Part shown: positions 10,367-20,059 of the stretch, piece after piece
How positions within the stretch are numbered: the stretch's first letter is position 1
How the letters are laid out: each line of letters starts with the position of its first letter
NCBI GenBank assembly: GCA_946965045.2
Contig: OX337228.1
Location: 2,294,001-2,358,000, forward strand
Direction: 5' to 3'
DNA length: 64,000 bases
From: Epithemia pelagica
Taxonomy: Eukaryota > Protista > Bacillariophyta
Made by a program: the position numbers and the translations under genes
The notes under the pieces: model-generated
The model's database searches: none
Seen by the model: only the letters and a program-made list of their open reading frames with translations
What the model was told of the DNA's origin: nothing

Positions 10367-12563
10367 TCTGTACTAGTGACTGGGCGAAATGCCACGCGTC
10401 TTGCGCGTCTGTGTCATTTGAGAATGACGTTGTGTGTTGCAAGTATTGTTGCAGCTCTGGGAGTCGCGACGGGTTGTTATGTCGCACATATTGCTTGATT
10501 AGGTCGATCTCATTGCCGGTTGGAACGGAAAAGTGATGTCCTGTTTCGTCGTCCTCTTCTGCGGGGAGGAGGGAGCGGGAAAGGTCGTCTGATGCGGCAT
10601 CGATCATTTCCGCGTCATCTTCTTCTTCAATGCTGTCTCGGTTGGGTGGGCTGTCATTTTCGCTTGACTCTTCTTCTTCCTGGAGTGGGGCGAAGGTGTT
10701 GTTTCGCGCTGGTGATTTGGAGTCGTCGTCGTATTCGTTTTTGTGGTGCCTGGGTGGTGTTTGGACGAGACGGAACGCAGTGTTGGCCACTGTGTTCCAG
10801 TCTGTGCCGTCGTCATAAGGGTCGTCGTCGTCGTTGTCGTTTCGATGGGACGATGGGGCGTTCCTCTTGTTGGGTGGTGGTGTCCCTGGGGGGCTGTCCC
10901 TGGTCCTGGTTGGTGAAGAGGTGGGACGGGCCGCATTCGCTTGTTCCTGTTGGTGGTGATTGGTGTTGTTGTTACGACGAAGGAGGCGATCTGTGAACTC
11001 CAGAAGCCTGTTGGTGTGGCTGGAGGATGGAGGCGTCGGTCGTTCGTTGTTTTCGTTGTTGTTTCGTGTCGGTAGGGTCGCGGTTACGGCAGCTAAGGTA
11101 GGAAGGAGAATGTTCTCCGGGAATCCGGGATGTTGGCGGATTGTGTTGGTTGTGAGATGGTGCGTGTCCGGGGTCTTTCGCAGGTAGAGCGTGAAAGACT
11201 GGGGATCCGGGTCGACGTGTTCGTACTCTGGGAAGAGTCCCACGTATTCTTCGATTTCCTGGAGTTGCTCCCATTCTTCGTCGGTCGCCTCGATGTTGAT
11301 CGGCCTGAGTCTGATTTTGACACACGATCCGTAGAACTGATCGATGTCTTTGAGTGCTTCAAGTGTTGTTGTCCTTGTCGTTTGGTTTTTGGGCATTGGT
11401 AGAAGTTGGATTCGGTTGTCCGTCCAGAGGATTTCCGTGTTCCTGTTGGCGGCCCGGAAGGCGTTGTAGCTTCGGAGCAGTGTTTCGAAGTTGTTGCGGC
11501 TGGACGCAGCGACGTATACCACTGGTACCTGTCCGCGTTGCTTCGTTTTGAGTTCGCCACTAAAGGTGCCCGCTCGGCAGCCTATGTGGTTGAAGAAATC
11601 CATGCCTTGGAGTTTCTTCGGGAGATGGGGTGTTAGGCAAGTCTGGATTGCCAGAGCCAGGTCGATGAAAGCCCGTCGATGTTTCACGGCTTGGGCTGGC
11701 GCTCCCACGATGATGCCATACGTGTCGCTGTTGCGATTGTTGCACGCGGGCTGGTAGACGTTCACTTGGTCGTATCTCGGATTGATGGTTGGGTTTGATT
11801 GTGCCGTGCCGGATCGGAGCACGCATTGTTCTCCCCATTCGTCGTAGAGGAAGTCGTCGTTGTGGTGGCGATGCCACATCTGGCAGACGAAACGAAGTCC
11901 CTGTTCGTTGAATACGTCTGAGTCGAAGGCATCGTTCTCCGGTGCGGGGGATAACGTCACATGGAACGTGGAGGTGTGTCCACTACGGGACCGGGAGGGG
12001 GAATCTTGTTGGCCACGGGTGTTGTTTCTGGTTCCAGAGAGTTTCGTCTCAATGAAATCAACGGAGTGCACCTGGAGCCACATTGGCTCTTCCCGTTTGC
12101 GGTGGTGAGCAAAGACGTCATTCAGGTGTTTCTTGAGGGATGTCTCGGTGAGGCGGGGAAGGGTCGCTTCCACCTGTGGGTTCGGGTTGTGGTTCACTGC
12201 CACATGGATGTGAAAGAGAATGCCTGGTTCCGGGGTTGGCGGACGTGGCTTTGGAGACTGGGTTTTACGGTACGGGTTGGCGGGAGAGGGTTTGTTGTCC
12301 TCCGTGGGGGTGGAGGCCTGTTCTCTGTGGGGCGGGGAGTGTTCCGGGGTTGGGTTGTCCTGGCCGTGGGGGTTGGCTGTTTCGGTGGGTCGTGCATCGT
12401 CTTGGTCGTTGTTGGTTTGTTCCGGGGTGGCGTTAGGTTGTCCTTCGTGGTGGACCGTCATATTGTCAGGGTACCGAGGCGTCGTTCCTGCCTGATGGGT
12501 GTTGTCTTCGTTGGTAGATTTCTGTTCGGTGGTGTCGATGTGGTTGTTGTTGTCAATGGTCAT
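10287..12563 (-). CDS. Retrotransposon ORF1 (758 aa), no recognisable domain
   Basis: Intact ORF directly upstream of the RT ORF. It has a globular-looking core (GILFHIHVAVN..., YGIIVGAPAQ..., VPVVYVAASS...) flanked by low-complexity N/P/T/D/E regions. Confidence 0.75.
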   Translation of the reverse strand: MTIDNNNHIDTTEQKSTNEDNTHQAGTTPRYPDNMTVHHEGQPNATPEQTNNDQDDARPTETANPHGQDNPTPEHSPPHREQASTPTEDNKPSPANPYRKTQSPKPRPPTPEPGILFHIHVAVNHNPNPQVEATLPRLTETSLKKHLNDVFAHHRKREEPMWLQVHSVDFIETKLSGTRNNTRGQQDSPSRSRSGHTSTFHVTLSPAPENDAFDSDVFNEQGLRFVCQMWHRHHNDDFLYDEWGEQCVLRSGTAQSNPTINPRYDQVNVYQPACNNRNSDTYGIIVGAPAQAVKHRRAFIDLALAIQTCLTPHLPKKLQGMDFFNHIGCRAGTFSGELKTKQRGQVPVVYVAASSRNNFETLLRSYNAFRAANRNTEILWTDNRIQLLPMPKNQTTRTTTLEALKDIDQFYGSCVKIRLRPINIEATDEEWEQLQEIEEYVGLFPEYEHVDPDPQSFTLYLRKTPDTHHLTTNTIRQHPGFPENILLPTLAAVTATLPTRNNNENNERPTPPSSSHTNRLLEFTDRLLRRNNNTNHHQQEQANAARPTSSPTRTRDSPPGTPPPNKRNAPSSHRNDNDDDDPYDDGTDWNTVANTAFRLVQTPPRHHKNEYDDDSKSPARNNTFAPLQEEEESSENDSPPNRDSIEEEDDAEMIDAASDDLSRSLLPAEEDDETGHHFSVPTGNEIDLIKQYVRHNNPSRLPELQQYLQHTTSFSNDTDAQDAWHFAQSLVQNGDASVADSRIGHVDPHAEWAKAPNE

Positions 12564-13483
12564 TTTTTCTGGAATTTTGGTTGTAAGATGGGTGGGGTCG
12601 GTTGTTTTTTTGGTGTTTTTTTGTTTTCTTGTTTGGTGGTGGACAGGGAGCGGCGGTCCGGGGTGATGGTCATGGAGGCGATGGGGTGGGAGCTGTGGTG
12701 GGCCGCGTTTGGGCGTTGTTTGTTTCGGCTGGGCTGGGCACGGCTGTGGGTCGGTTTCGAGTGGACATGCATCGTTGGCGTTGTTGGCTGGGTGGTTGTC
12801 GGGCGAAGGCGGCGGTGATCCTCAGGAGGCTTCTCGGGGAAAAGGGTCTTTTCCTTGATTGTGAGGGTTGGGGGAAGGTTGTTCCGGACCTTGAAACAGT
12901 CATTGGTGTTGGTTGGGACCCAGGGTGAGGGGTCATTCGGAATCTTTGGGGTGGTTCCTGGTGTCTTGTTGAAGACGGTTGTCGTTGTGGATATCGCGTT
13001 GTCGGTTTGGGTAGCTGTGGACCGGGTCTTTGTGGTGGATTTGGGACCTGTTGGATGTCTTGGGCCGGTGCGAGGGAGTGAGGGTGGTTCCATTGTCGAG
13101 TTGTCGACGTGGTCTTGTCGCTGTCGCAGCTGGTGCCGGACTCCGTGGTTGTCGTTTGGTCGGTGGTGTAGCCGTTGGTTTGTTTTTGGTGGTTGGGGAT
13201 TGGGGCGTCCGTTGTGCGTGCGGTTTTCGGTCGGTGTAGGGCCTTGTGACCGGTGGTTACCATGGCGGTACAGGGAGAAGGAGGCGGGTTGATCGTTTTG
13301 TTTGAGTTTTCGGAGTCCTCGTAGTGGTTCCATGACCATCGAGTGGGTCACCGGGCGCGTTGTCCGTTTCGTTCCGATTGGCGGTGGCGCGCGGATTGTT
13401 GGTTGGCGTTTGGGTCGTGGTTGAAGCATGGGAGACGTGTTTGATGCCGAAAAATCCCATGGCGGGTCCGCGTCTTGCGCCAT
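12560..13483 (-). CDS. Putative retrotransposon ORF0 (307 aa from first ATG), Pro/Thr/Arg-rich with basic tail
   Basis: ATG at 13483. Its TGA overlaps the ORF1 ATG (ATGA at 12563-12560). It may be favoured by the T-poor strand composition. Confidence 0.4.
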   Translation of the reverse strand: MAQDADPPWDFSASNTSPMLQPRPKRQPTIRAPPPIGTKRTTRPVTHSMVMEPLRGLRKLKQNDQPASFSLYRHGNHRSQGPTPTENRTHNGRPNPQPPKTNQRLHHRPNDNHGVRHQLRQRQDHVDNSTMEPPSLPRTGPRHPTGPKSTTKTRSTATQTDNAISTTTTVFNKTPGTTPKIPNDPSPWVPTNTNDCFKVRNNLPPTLTIKEKTLFPEKPPEDHRRLRPTTTQPTTPTMHVHSKPTHSRAQPSRNKQRPNAAHHSSHPIASMTITPDRRSLSTTKQENKKTPKKQPTPPILQPKFQKK

Positions 13484-13636
13484 GGGCGCCGTGACCGTCG
13501 TACGCGGGGACAAAGGTGCAGAAGAGGACACTGTCGGCAGTGTTGTCAATGTTATCGTCCTCGTAGTAGTTCACAGGAAAACAGTTTACTTTTTCGCGTA
13601 TTTTTTTTTCTTCTTCCATTTGTGTTTCTAGCTGTG

Positions 13637-14246
13637 AGGTGTAAGGGCTGGGGATACCGATCCATGTACATCTAAGTAGGCTCAGTACATTAAGCTACGT
13701 AGTACTATTTTCATCAGTGTAACAAGTGGGGCGGATGGTCTCAAATTGAAAACTTGCTGCCACGAGCAACAATGCAAATTGGAAGCCATCGCTCGACAAT
13801 GGTGGAAGCCATCACCCCCATGGCCATAACTTCCTCAATAATAGAGCTTGACTCGACCGCTTTGACAATAAGATTATTTACTACTAGAGTGACTATGCTT
13901 TCAATTCGGTCGAGTCAGCATTGAAAAATGAGTGAGATAGGGCGGTCGTTCGATTTCATCACTGCAGAAAAATGAGCGTACCTTTTCAGCCAACTTGGCA
14001 AATCTTTTGTAATTTTAGACAACAATTTCAAAGGTAAAGGCAAAGGACTTACGGTGGTTGGATGTTTATGCGATGCATGGGTGAATGCATACGGCGTCAC
14101 CGGATCTCGCCATCATTGTCGAGCGTTTTTGCATTTTTTTGAAATTCCGACCATTTCCGGCGTGACGTGTACTATCTGATTTTATGTACTCTTCGTAGCT
14201 TTTGTACTGAGCCTACTTAGATGTACATGGATCAGCCCTTACACCT
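13637..14246. mobile_element. MITE-like non-autonomous element with ~44-60-bp terminal inverted repeats
   Basis: Left aggtgtaagggctg[gggataccg]atccatgtacatctaagtaggctcagtaca (13637-13689) is the reverse complement of 14203-14246, apart from a 9-bp insert. An imperfect aagctacg extension continues it. The interior is non-coding and no clear TSD was found. Confidence 0.7.
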
Positions 14247-14467
14247 AGGAGTATATTCTGGCGTGTTGGAATCGCACTAGAGGTAGCTAATCCGGTAGAA
14301 GAGAGGGTAGTCCATCCGGAATATACGAATCACGAATTCATCCCCACAGTCGGGACCCGGAGATTATGAATCACGAGAAGCGAATCATACGTATGCGTGG
14401 TCGCGATTTCAGCCACAAATTCTCGCACATGTGGGTTTTCTGAGAATAGAAGACGACGACTGCCACC

Positions 14468-15895
14468 ATGGACCCTTTGACGCCGTCAAGCTCCAGCTGC
14501 GAATCACAACCCAGTTCTTCCGGGAATGTTGGGGTTGGCGCAGAAAGAAACGCCTCTTCGTCCAACTATGATTCGTCATCGTCGTCATCATCACCATCAT
14601 CCGCCAAGGATTCCGGCTTGTTGGTAGATTGGGTGGTGGGTCTGGGCTTGTCCGTCATTATGGGATTAACAGTGCGATATTTGGTTTCGTCCATTGCTGG
14701 ACTCATGGAGTTGGACCGGAGCCTAGATATGGAAGACCGTCCTTCCTCTTCTGCTGTGGAGCGCCGATTGAAGGGTATCCTCTCAAAGCGTGGTGAGAAA
14801 AAAGTATCAGTACCCCGTCTCAACAGCTACGAGCAAATGATTGCACAAAATGTTATGGACCCCGATGATATTGATAGTTCATTTGCGGATATTGGGGGGC
14901 TGGACAAAACAAAGAAAGAAATCTACGAACTAGCCATTCTTCCCTTGATCGAACCTGAACTTTTTCAGGGCAAGCTTGTCCAACCCTGTAAGGGCATTTT
15001 GTTGTATGGGAAACCGGGAACCGGGAAAACGATGCTTGCGAAAGCATTGGCGAAAGAAGCGGCGGCCGTTTTCGTTCCCCTTCAACTTTCAAATATTCTC
15101 AACAAATATCTCGGAGAATCAAATAAAATGATTGCTGCCACGTTTACCCTGGCTCAAAAACTTGCACCGGCCATAATCTTTATTGATGAACTTGATACAT
15201 TCCTGAAAGCAAACACAACAGAGACGGCTTATCTTGACACAATTAAAAGCGAATTCTTGACGTGGTGGGACGGTGTGGGAACTCGAACAAATTCCCAAGT
15301 ACTGGTTCTCGGAGCGACAAACAAACCCCAGGCCATTGACCCCGCAATTTTGAGACGTATGCCAAGAGCATTTGCTGTCCCCTTGCCTGATGAATCTGGG
15401 CGCAAAGCGATACTGACACTACTCTTCAAAGATGAAAAGTTGACACCAGAGGCTCGTGACTTCATACCAAAACTCGCGAGAAAAGCGTACGGATACTCAG
15501 GAAGTGACCTAAAAGAGCTTGCCAAGGCGTCAGCTATGGTCGCCGTTCAGGAAAGAACGGCCGAGTTCGCAAGAAGAAGAGTAATGGGAGAAAACTCTTT
15601 GGCGAGCCGAGAGGAAATTCAGAAAAAACAGAAAACACCCCTTCGACCAATAACTGTTCATGATATGGAGATTGCAATGCAAAAGGTTTTAAAGACTGGT
15701 GAGGCAGCGCGATCCTACGGTGCCAAATTTGACGCGGAGAACTCAGTTAGTCGACAGCAAAGTGACAATTCTATGGATGATGCGACCTTGCGTCAAGCAG
15801 CCATGCTTCTTCGTGCTATTTCGAATATATCTTCTAGCAATGGCATGCCATTAGGAGGAGGGGATGATGACAATGAGGAAGTCCCGAACGTTTAG
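14468..15895 (+). CDS. MSP1: Membrane-anchored AAA+ ATPase Msp1/ATAD1
   Basis: N-terminal TM segment; [16 protein letters not shown]; Walker A GKPGTGKT; Walker B IIFIDELD; [20 protein letters not shown]. Confidence 0.9.
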   Translation: MDPLTPSSSSCESQPSSSGNVGVGAERNASSSNYDSSSSSSSPSSAKDSGLLVDWVVGLGLSVIMGLTVRYLVSSIAGLMELDRSLDMEDRPSSSAVERRLKGILSKRGEKKVSVPRLNSYEQMIAQNVMDPDDIDSSFADIGGLDKTKKEIYELAILPLIEPELFQGKLVQPCKGILLYGKPGTGKTMLAKALAKEAAAVFVPLQLSNILNKYLGESNKMIAATFTLAQKLAPAIIFIDELDTFLKANTTETAYLDTIKSEFLTWWDGVGTRTNSQVLVLGATNKPQAIDPAILRRMPRAFAVPLPDESGRKAILTLLFKDEKLTPEARDFIPKLARKAYGYSGSDLKELAKASAMVAVQERTAEFARRRVMGENSLASREEIQKKQKTPLRPITVHDMEIAMQKVLKTGEAARSYGAKFDAENSVSRQQSDNSMDDATLRQAAMLLRAISNISSSNGMPLGGGDDDNEEVPNV

Positions 15896-16698
15896 TTTTG
15901 TCCAGACTCATTGATACGGCGAGGGTCCTCTTATATGGGAGAAGCTTTTGGAACTGATGGAACAACTGATGACACGTACACTCATTAAATCCTAGTACCT
16001 GTTATGGGCATGTGGATTATGGATGGCTGAGAATCGTTGGATCGCTTTCAAATCACGACAGGGAGATCTTCTGGTTAGATCAAAGGAGCTGCTGGAAATT
16101 CTATAGGAAGGAACATATGTATTGGTTCTGCGTTCCGCCTTGCGTTCTCTTCCGATTGAACGGAGCCCGTGTTAGATGGTACGAATCTAAGATCAGATGG
16201 GGAACCCTCTCTCTATCGTCAACCATAAACAGCTCACGCTTGGTGATTGATAGGAGTTGGCTCATAGACGAGAATCAGAGTGCACTCATCGGAGCCTTGT
16301 AGGTGCTCACCATAAAGCATAACTATTCACTTGGAGTACGAGATCCTCACCTTTTTAAACGACTAGGAGTACCTACGAGTAGGAGTGGAAAAAAACTCCG
16401 TAAGGAAGTAGAGCCCTAGAGGTAGCTAGAGAGCAAGCAACAAGCAACAGTAGTTGTGATTCGTGATTCGTGACGGCAGACACGATCACCGGGCGACGCC
16501 GGCCACTTTTGGGGCGCGACGCGCGACACGCGAACATCGAATATGTCGGTTAGGACTTAGGATGCACAAATTGCGCAGCTTTGATCGCAATGCGCCTGGT
16601 TGTCGACGAGAAGAAGAAAAAGAATTAGAAACATACCTTTGGTTGATCTATTGATTATCAACCATTTCTGACGTCTTCCAAGGAAGTTGTTTGATACC

Positions 16699-18576
16699 AT
16701 GACTCGAATCCAAGCTGCAGTTTTTGGATACCTTTCCATTGCATTTCTGGACTTTTCGTCCGTAGTATTCGCAGATGCGACCGTCGACGATGACGATGCT
16801 TGTAACCTATATATGGCGCCGTCGACCACCGGAACAACCTCTTCTACTGAGTGGGGTCTTTTTGCTGGAAAGAATTTCGAGGATCTTGAAGCCATTGGGG
16901 ATGCATCTGTTGCTATCAATCTTTTTGACCTCAGAGCTAACTCTGAAGGCGAGGACGAAGAGGAGCATGGCTCCTTGAAAGAGCTTGTTTCGTTTCTCGA
17001 AGGATTTTTGTGGGTTCCGGATTCTGCGGGAGCAAAGTTTGAAACTTCTGATGGAAATGCCATGACTTTTATTCCTGGATCTGGTATCCTTTCCGCCATG
17101 AATGTCAAGATGACCAATGCAGAATGGGACCATGTATCCGCTTATCAACGCCCCTTGGTTGGCGAGCAGCCTGGTGTCGCCCATGCTGGGAGAGGTGCAC
17201 AAACACCCTTTTACAACATTGTCATTAGGGCAACGGAGAAAATCGCGAAAGGATCAGAGATTTTTCTTAACTATGGTGCAAACTACGAGGACGACGACGA
17301 GGACGATTTTGAGAAATCGGATTATGAGAAGCTCGATGCTACCATCCAAAAAATGATTGAATTCTTTGGCCGGCACGAGGAAGAACTTGATGAACAGGCA
17401 AAGATGCAGATTTATGGGTTCTTAACTAGGGATGTCATGAACGCCGCGGTTGGATCAAAACGGCTCCCTCGAATTGGCAAAATCCTGCCCAGCCACCCTG
17501 ACAAACTCAAGGATATCCTTGACAAGGGAGGATCGGTAGCCGTCGACCACGACGTTTCTCGTGACATGGAATGGTTGAAGAAGGAAGGGTTCTGTGCGGA
17601 CAACATTCGATTTGGTCCCTCAACGATCAAGGAAGCTGGACGTGGTGCATTTGCAACAAGAACTTTAAAGGCGGGAACCACCATCACTGGATCCCCTCTC
17701 ATCCCCATTTCGGACCCTTCCGTCTTTGACATGCACCCAATGGTCAAGAATGAGAAGGACAATTTCGTTTTGGAATCTGAAGAGGTCATCAACAAACAAC
17801 TTGCCTTGAACTACTGCTTTGGACATCCAGAGGCTTCCATGCTTCTTCTTCCTACAGGATCTGGGGTCGCATTCATCAACCACAAAAAGGAACCTAACGC
17901 CAAACTAGTGTGGTCAAAGAAACCGTCCAGCTCAACTGAGTGGTTCGAAACTGCACCGGCTGAATTAATGGACGAAGGTCTGGTTTTGGTCATGGAAATC
18001 GTTGCATTGGACACGATTCAATCAGGTGAAGAAATCTTTTTGGACTACGGCGATTCATGGACTGCTGCTTGGGAGGCACATGCGAAGCAGTGGGACAGTG
18101 AACATAAGGGAGAGACTTGGCCAACCAGGGCTATTGAACTGAAAGAAAAATACCTCGATGCTCCGTTCCCCACTGAGAAAGAGCAGAGCGACGCCCAAGA
18201 TGCTTACCCGGAAGATGTAGCCTTGGTCGCCTTTATCATGATTGCGGAGTCCACGGCCGCAGGTACTTTGGAAGACCCCAAAGTATGGGACACGCCCAAG
18301 GTGGGATCGGTGTACGACGCTCAGAACCTGTTTGAAGTCGCGATTGTCGATCGGATTGAACTTGAGGATAAGTCTTGGAGCTACACCATTCGCTGGCTCA
18401 ACGTCCAAGGCAAGGCAACTTATGTACAAAAGGTTCCTCACGATGCCTTTGTGCTTGTAGACCGTCCGTCTACAGGAGACAGTTTTGTCACCAAGCCATT
18501 CCGCCATCCGATTCATATACCCGACGACGTATTCCCCAAAGGCACCTGGCGCGATATTGCCTCCGCGGAAAAGTAG
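16699..18576 (+). CDS. Signal-peptide protein with two SET-like domains (diatom family), paralogue 1
   Basis: Signal-like N-terminus (..SSVVFA/DA). SET motifs: WGLFAGK, ATEKIAKGSEIFLNYG, GRGAFATRTL, FINHKKEPNA, ALDTIQSGEEIFLDYG. Confidence 0.88.
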   Translation: MTRIQAAVFGYLSIAFLDFSSVVFADATVDDDDACNLYMAPSTTGTTSSTEWGLFAGKNFEDLEAIGDASVAINLFDLRANSEGEDEEEHGSLKELVSFLEGFLWVPDSAGAKFETSDGNAMTFIPGSGILSAMNVKMTNAEWDHVSAYQRPLVGEQPGVAHAGRGAQTPFYNIVIRATEKIAKGSEIFLNYGANYEDDDEDDFEKSDYEKLDATIQKMIEFFGRHEEELDEQAKMQIYGFLTRDVMNAAVGSKRLPRIGKILPSHPDKLKDILDKGGSVAVDHDVSRDMEWLKKEGFCADNIRFGPSTIKEAGRGAFATRTLKAGTTITGSPLIPISDPSVFDMHPMVKNEKDNFVLESEEVINKQLALNYCFGHPEASMLLLPTGSGVAFINHKKEPNAKLVWSKKPSSSTEWFETAPAELMDEGLVLVMEIVALDTIQSGEEIFLDYGDSWTAAWEAHAKQWDSEHKGETWPTRAIELKEKYLDAPFPTEKEQSDAQDAYPEDVALVAFIMIAESTAAGTLEDPKVWDTPKVGSVYDAQNLFEVAIVDRIELEDKSWSYTIRWLNVQGKATYVQKVPHDAFVLVDRPSTGDSFVTKPFRHPIHIPDDVFPKGTWRDIASAEK

Positions 18577-18874
18577 AAAAACCTTTAACTCAGCTGGATA
18601 TAAGGGTTGAAAATATCGCAGAAACACATCATGCTGTAAGAACGACTAATGTCACGCTCTTCATTGTTGTGTCCCTTGTAGCATTATTTCAATCCGTACT
18701 GGAACTTCTGTGGTTTCACTTCATTGGAATTGACCACCTATTGACCTACCTAGTAAATCTCCCGCTTTTCCATCCTATATAGTTAATGGGTCGCTTAAAA
18801 GTCGCTCTTCGAAAAGTGTGAGAAGTGCGTCAATGAATTTTCATGTGCGGGAGATACACAACTCGACGATCACA

Positions 18875-19312
18875 ATGAACCATTTGGGCTCGTTCTTTTT
18901 ACTCTTCGGGCTTTGCCTCGGCATTCTATCTCCTGTCTCAGGATTTTCTATTTCATACAGAGATCCAGCTCGGTTTGCACCTTCGGTAGCTTATCGTCGA
19001 CAGTCTTTTCGTTTGAGGTCCTCTCCGAACCCCTCTGATGACTCATCAACGACGCAATCGACCGAAGGCGGAGTGGTGGAGCTATCTGACGATGAGGACG
19101 TCCTAGCAAGCAAAGCTGCGCCATCTGGTCCAATGTTTATCAGTCAAGGAGAGTTGGACCCCCAAGCTTTAAACCCAGATTTTTCGGACGCCAAGCAAAC
19201 ACGAGTATTGATTTACATCATCCTTTCGCTTCTGCCAGTTCTGTTTCTGATTCCATTCATGCTGAGTCGAGAGTTCATCCCTCAAGACATGATGCCTCCA
19301 GTGGATATGTAG
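18875..19312 (+). CDS. Small plastid-targeted single-TM protein
   Basis: MNHLGSFFLLFGLCLGILSPVSG/FSISY gives a signal peptide with Phe at +1. Ser/Arg-rich transit peptide and a C-terminal TM (VLIYIILSLLPVLFLIPFML). Confidence 0.75.
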   Translation: MNHLGSFFLLFGLCLGILSPVSGFSISYRDPARFAPSVAYRRQSFRLRSSPNPSDDSSTTQSTEGGVVELSDDEDVLASKAAPSGPMFISQGELDPQALNPDFSDAKQTRVLIYIILSLLPVLFLIPFMLSREFIPQDMMPPVDM

Positions 19313-19550
19313 CACACAGAAACCATTGTTTGAACTAGATTCTATAGGTGGATGTTGCTGGGTCTTTAAGACTCCATGCACAATTCTACGAAAAGCATGC
19401 GTGTCACAATGATCACAGGTGGTCGTAACAGCTTACATTAGAAGAAAGTTTCATCAGCAACCCAACTATCAATGACCACACTGAACTTCATATAGCGTCC
19501 GTGGACCATACACCTCGATTGATCCCCTCAGATGGAACCAGTGCAGACGT

Positions 19551-19799
19551 CTATTTGTCACCCTTCACCTTCTTCATAGCGTCATCAAAATCTGCGTCCC
19601 CATCAGCGGCATCGAACATTTCAAACATCTCGCCCAAATCAAGATCAAGTCCCTCGGTCTCTTCTTCTGTGTTGGTTGGTTCAGGGGTCGACATGGAAAG
19701 AGAACCATGGCGTGAAAAAGTGCCAGACGGCACTCTCACTGTGAAGCTTGAACAGCTCACCAACAGAACAGCCAATAGCAGAGCACAGAAGTTATTCAT
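19551..19799 (-). CDS. 82-aa plastid-targeted acidic micro-protein
   Basis: MNNFCALLLAVLLVSCSS/FTVR signal with Phe +1, then a transit peptide. Mature part ..LDLDLGEMFEMFDAADGDADFDDAMKKVK. Confidence 0.7.
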   Translation of the reverse strand: MNNFCALLLAVLLVSCSSFTVRVPSGTFSRHGSLSMSTPEPTNTEEETEGLDLDLGEMFEMFDAADGDADFDDAMKKVKGDK

Positions 19800-20059
19800 C
19801 TTTCCGAAATATGTTTCTTTTGTTTCGACCGCACACCTCGCTCCCAGGGAACCTGCAGATATTATGGTGGACAGGGGCTCTCCCTTGGCATCTCGCAGAG
19901 AAAAGTGTCGTCATCATTTTCTTCGTTTTAAACGACCTAGGCGCGACCACTATGACGATGAGAAACGAGAAATCCGCCACTATAAGACAAAGAACAAAGA
20001 AGCGGCCCACAGACCAAAGCTGTTCAATCAATGATCATTGGCGCTAGAAGTTTGAAACC

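Larger units (their letters stand above)
6382..13611 (-). mobile_element. Non-LTR retrotransposon of RLE type (CRE-like clade), apparently full length but RT ORF disrupted
   Basis: C2H2 fingers, CRE-like RT motifs (LRPIGIGTAIRR, QYGIQIPGG, DLTNMFNNISR, PQGCPLSP, IMDD, GVRFLGQPIG), LPQRLGGLG, zinc knuckle CRC..DPHGDHLFSC, and RLE motif RPAD..AIDITV. A9 tail at 6382-6390, strong C/A strand bias, candidate 9-bp TSD. Confidence 0.92.

Noticed and set aside
6382-13611. Calling the element Ambal, LTR/Copia or a group II intron/retron
   Set aside because: It has an RLE and zinc knuckle, with no APE, RNase H, integrase or LTRs seen. The RT motifs are CRE-like.
13257-13619. 120-aa minus-strand ORF MEEEKKIREKVNCFPVNYYEDD.. 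as a captured host gene
   Set aside because: No recognisable homology. It spans the putative TSD and overlaps ORF0 in another frame, so it cannot be supported.
6502-13631. Many long plus-strand ORFs over the retroelement (e.g. 7965-8678, 9050-9634, 11961-12818)
   Set aside because: They are antisense shadows of the coding minus strand, with G/V/W-rich nonsense composition and no motifs.
13643-14242. Assigning the MITE to PIF/Harbinger (TAA|GGG...CCC|TTA)
   Set aside because: TAA and TTA are inverted rather than direct repeats, and the symmetry continues outward, so they are part of the TIR and not a TSD.
15900-16690. ORFs 16012-16302 and 16463-16654 as genes
   Set aside because: Short, motif-free and inside a TAG-rich intergenic island.
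19501-20047. Plus-strand ORFs 19501-20034 and 19748-20047
   Set aside because: They are antisense to the better-supported plastid micro-protein, start at non-ATG codons and have no motifs.
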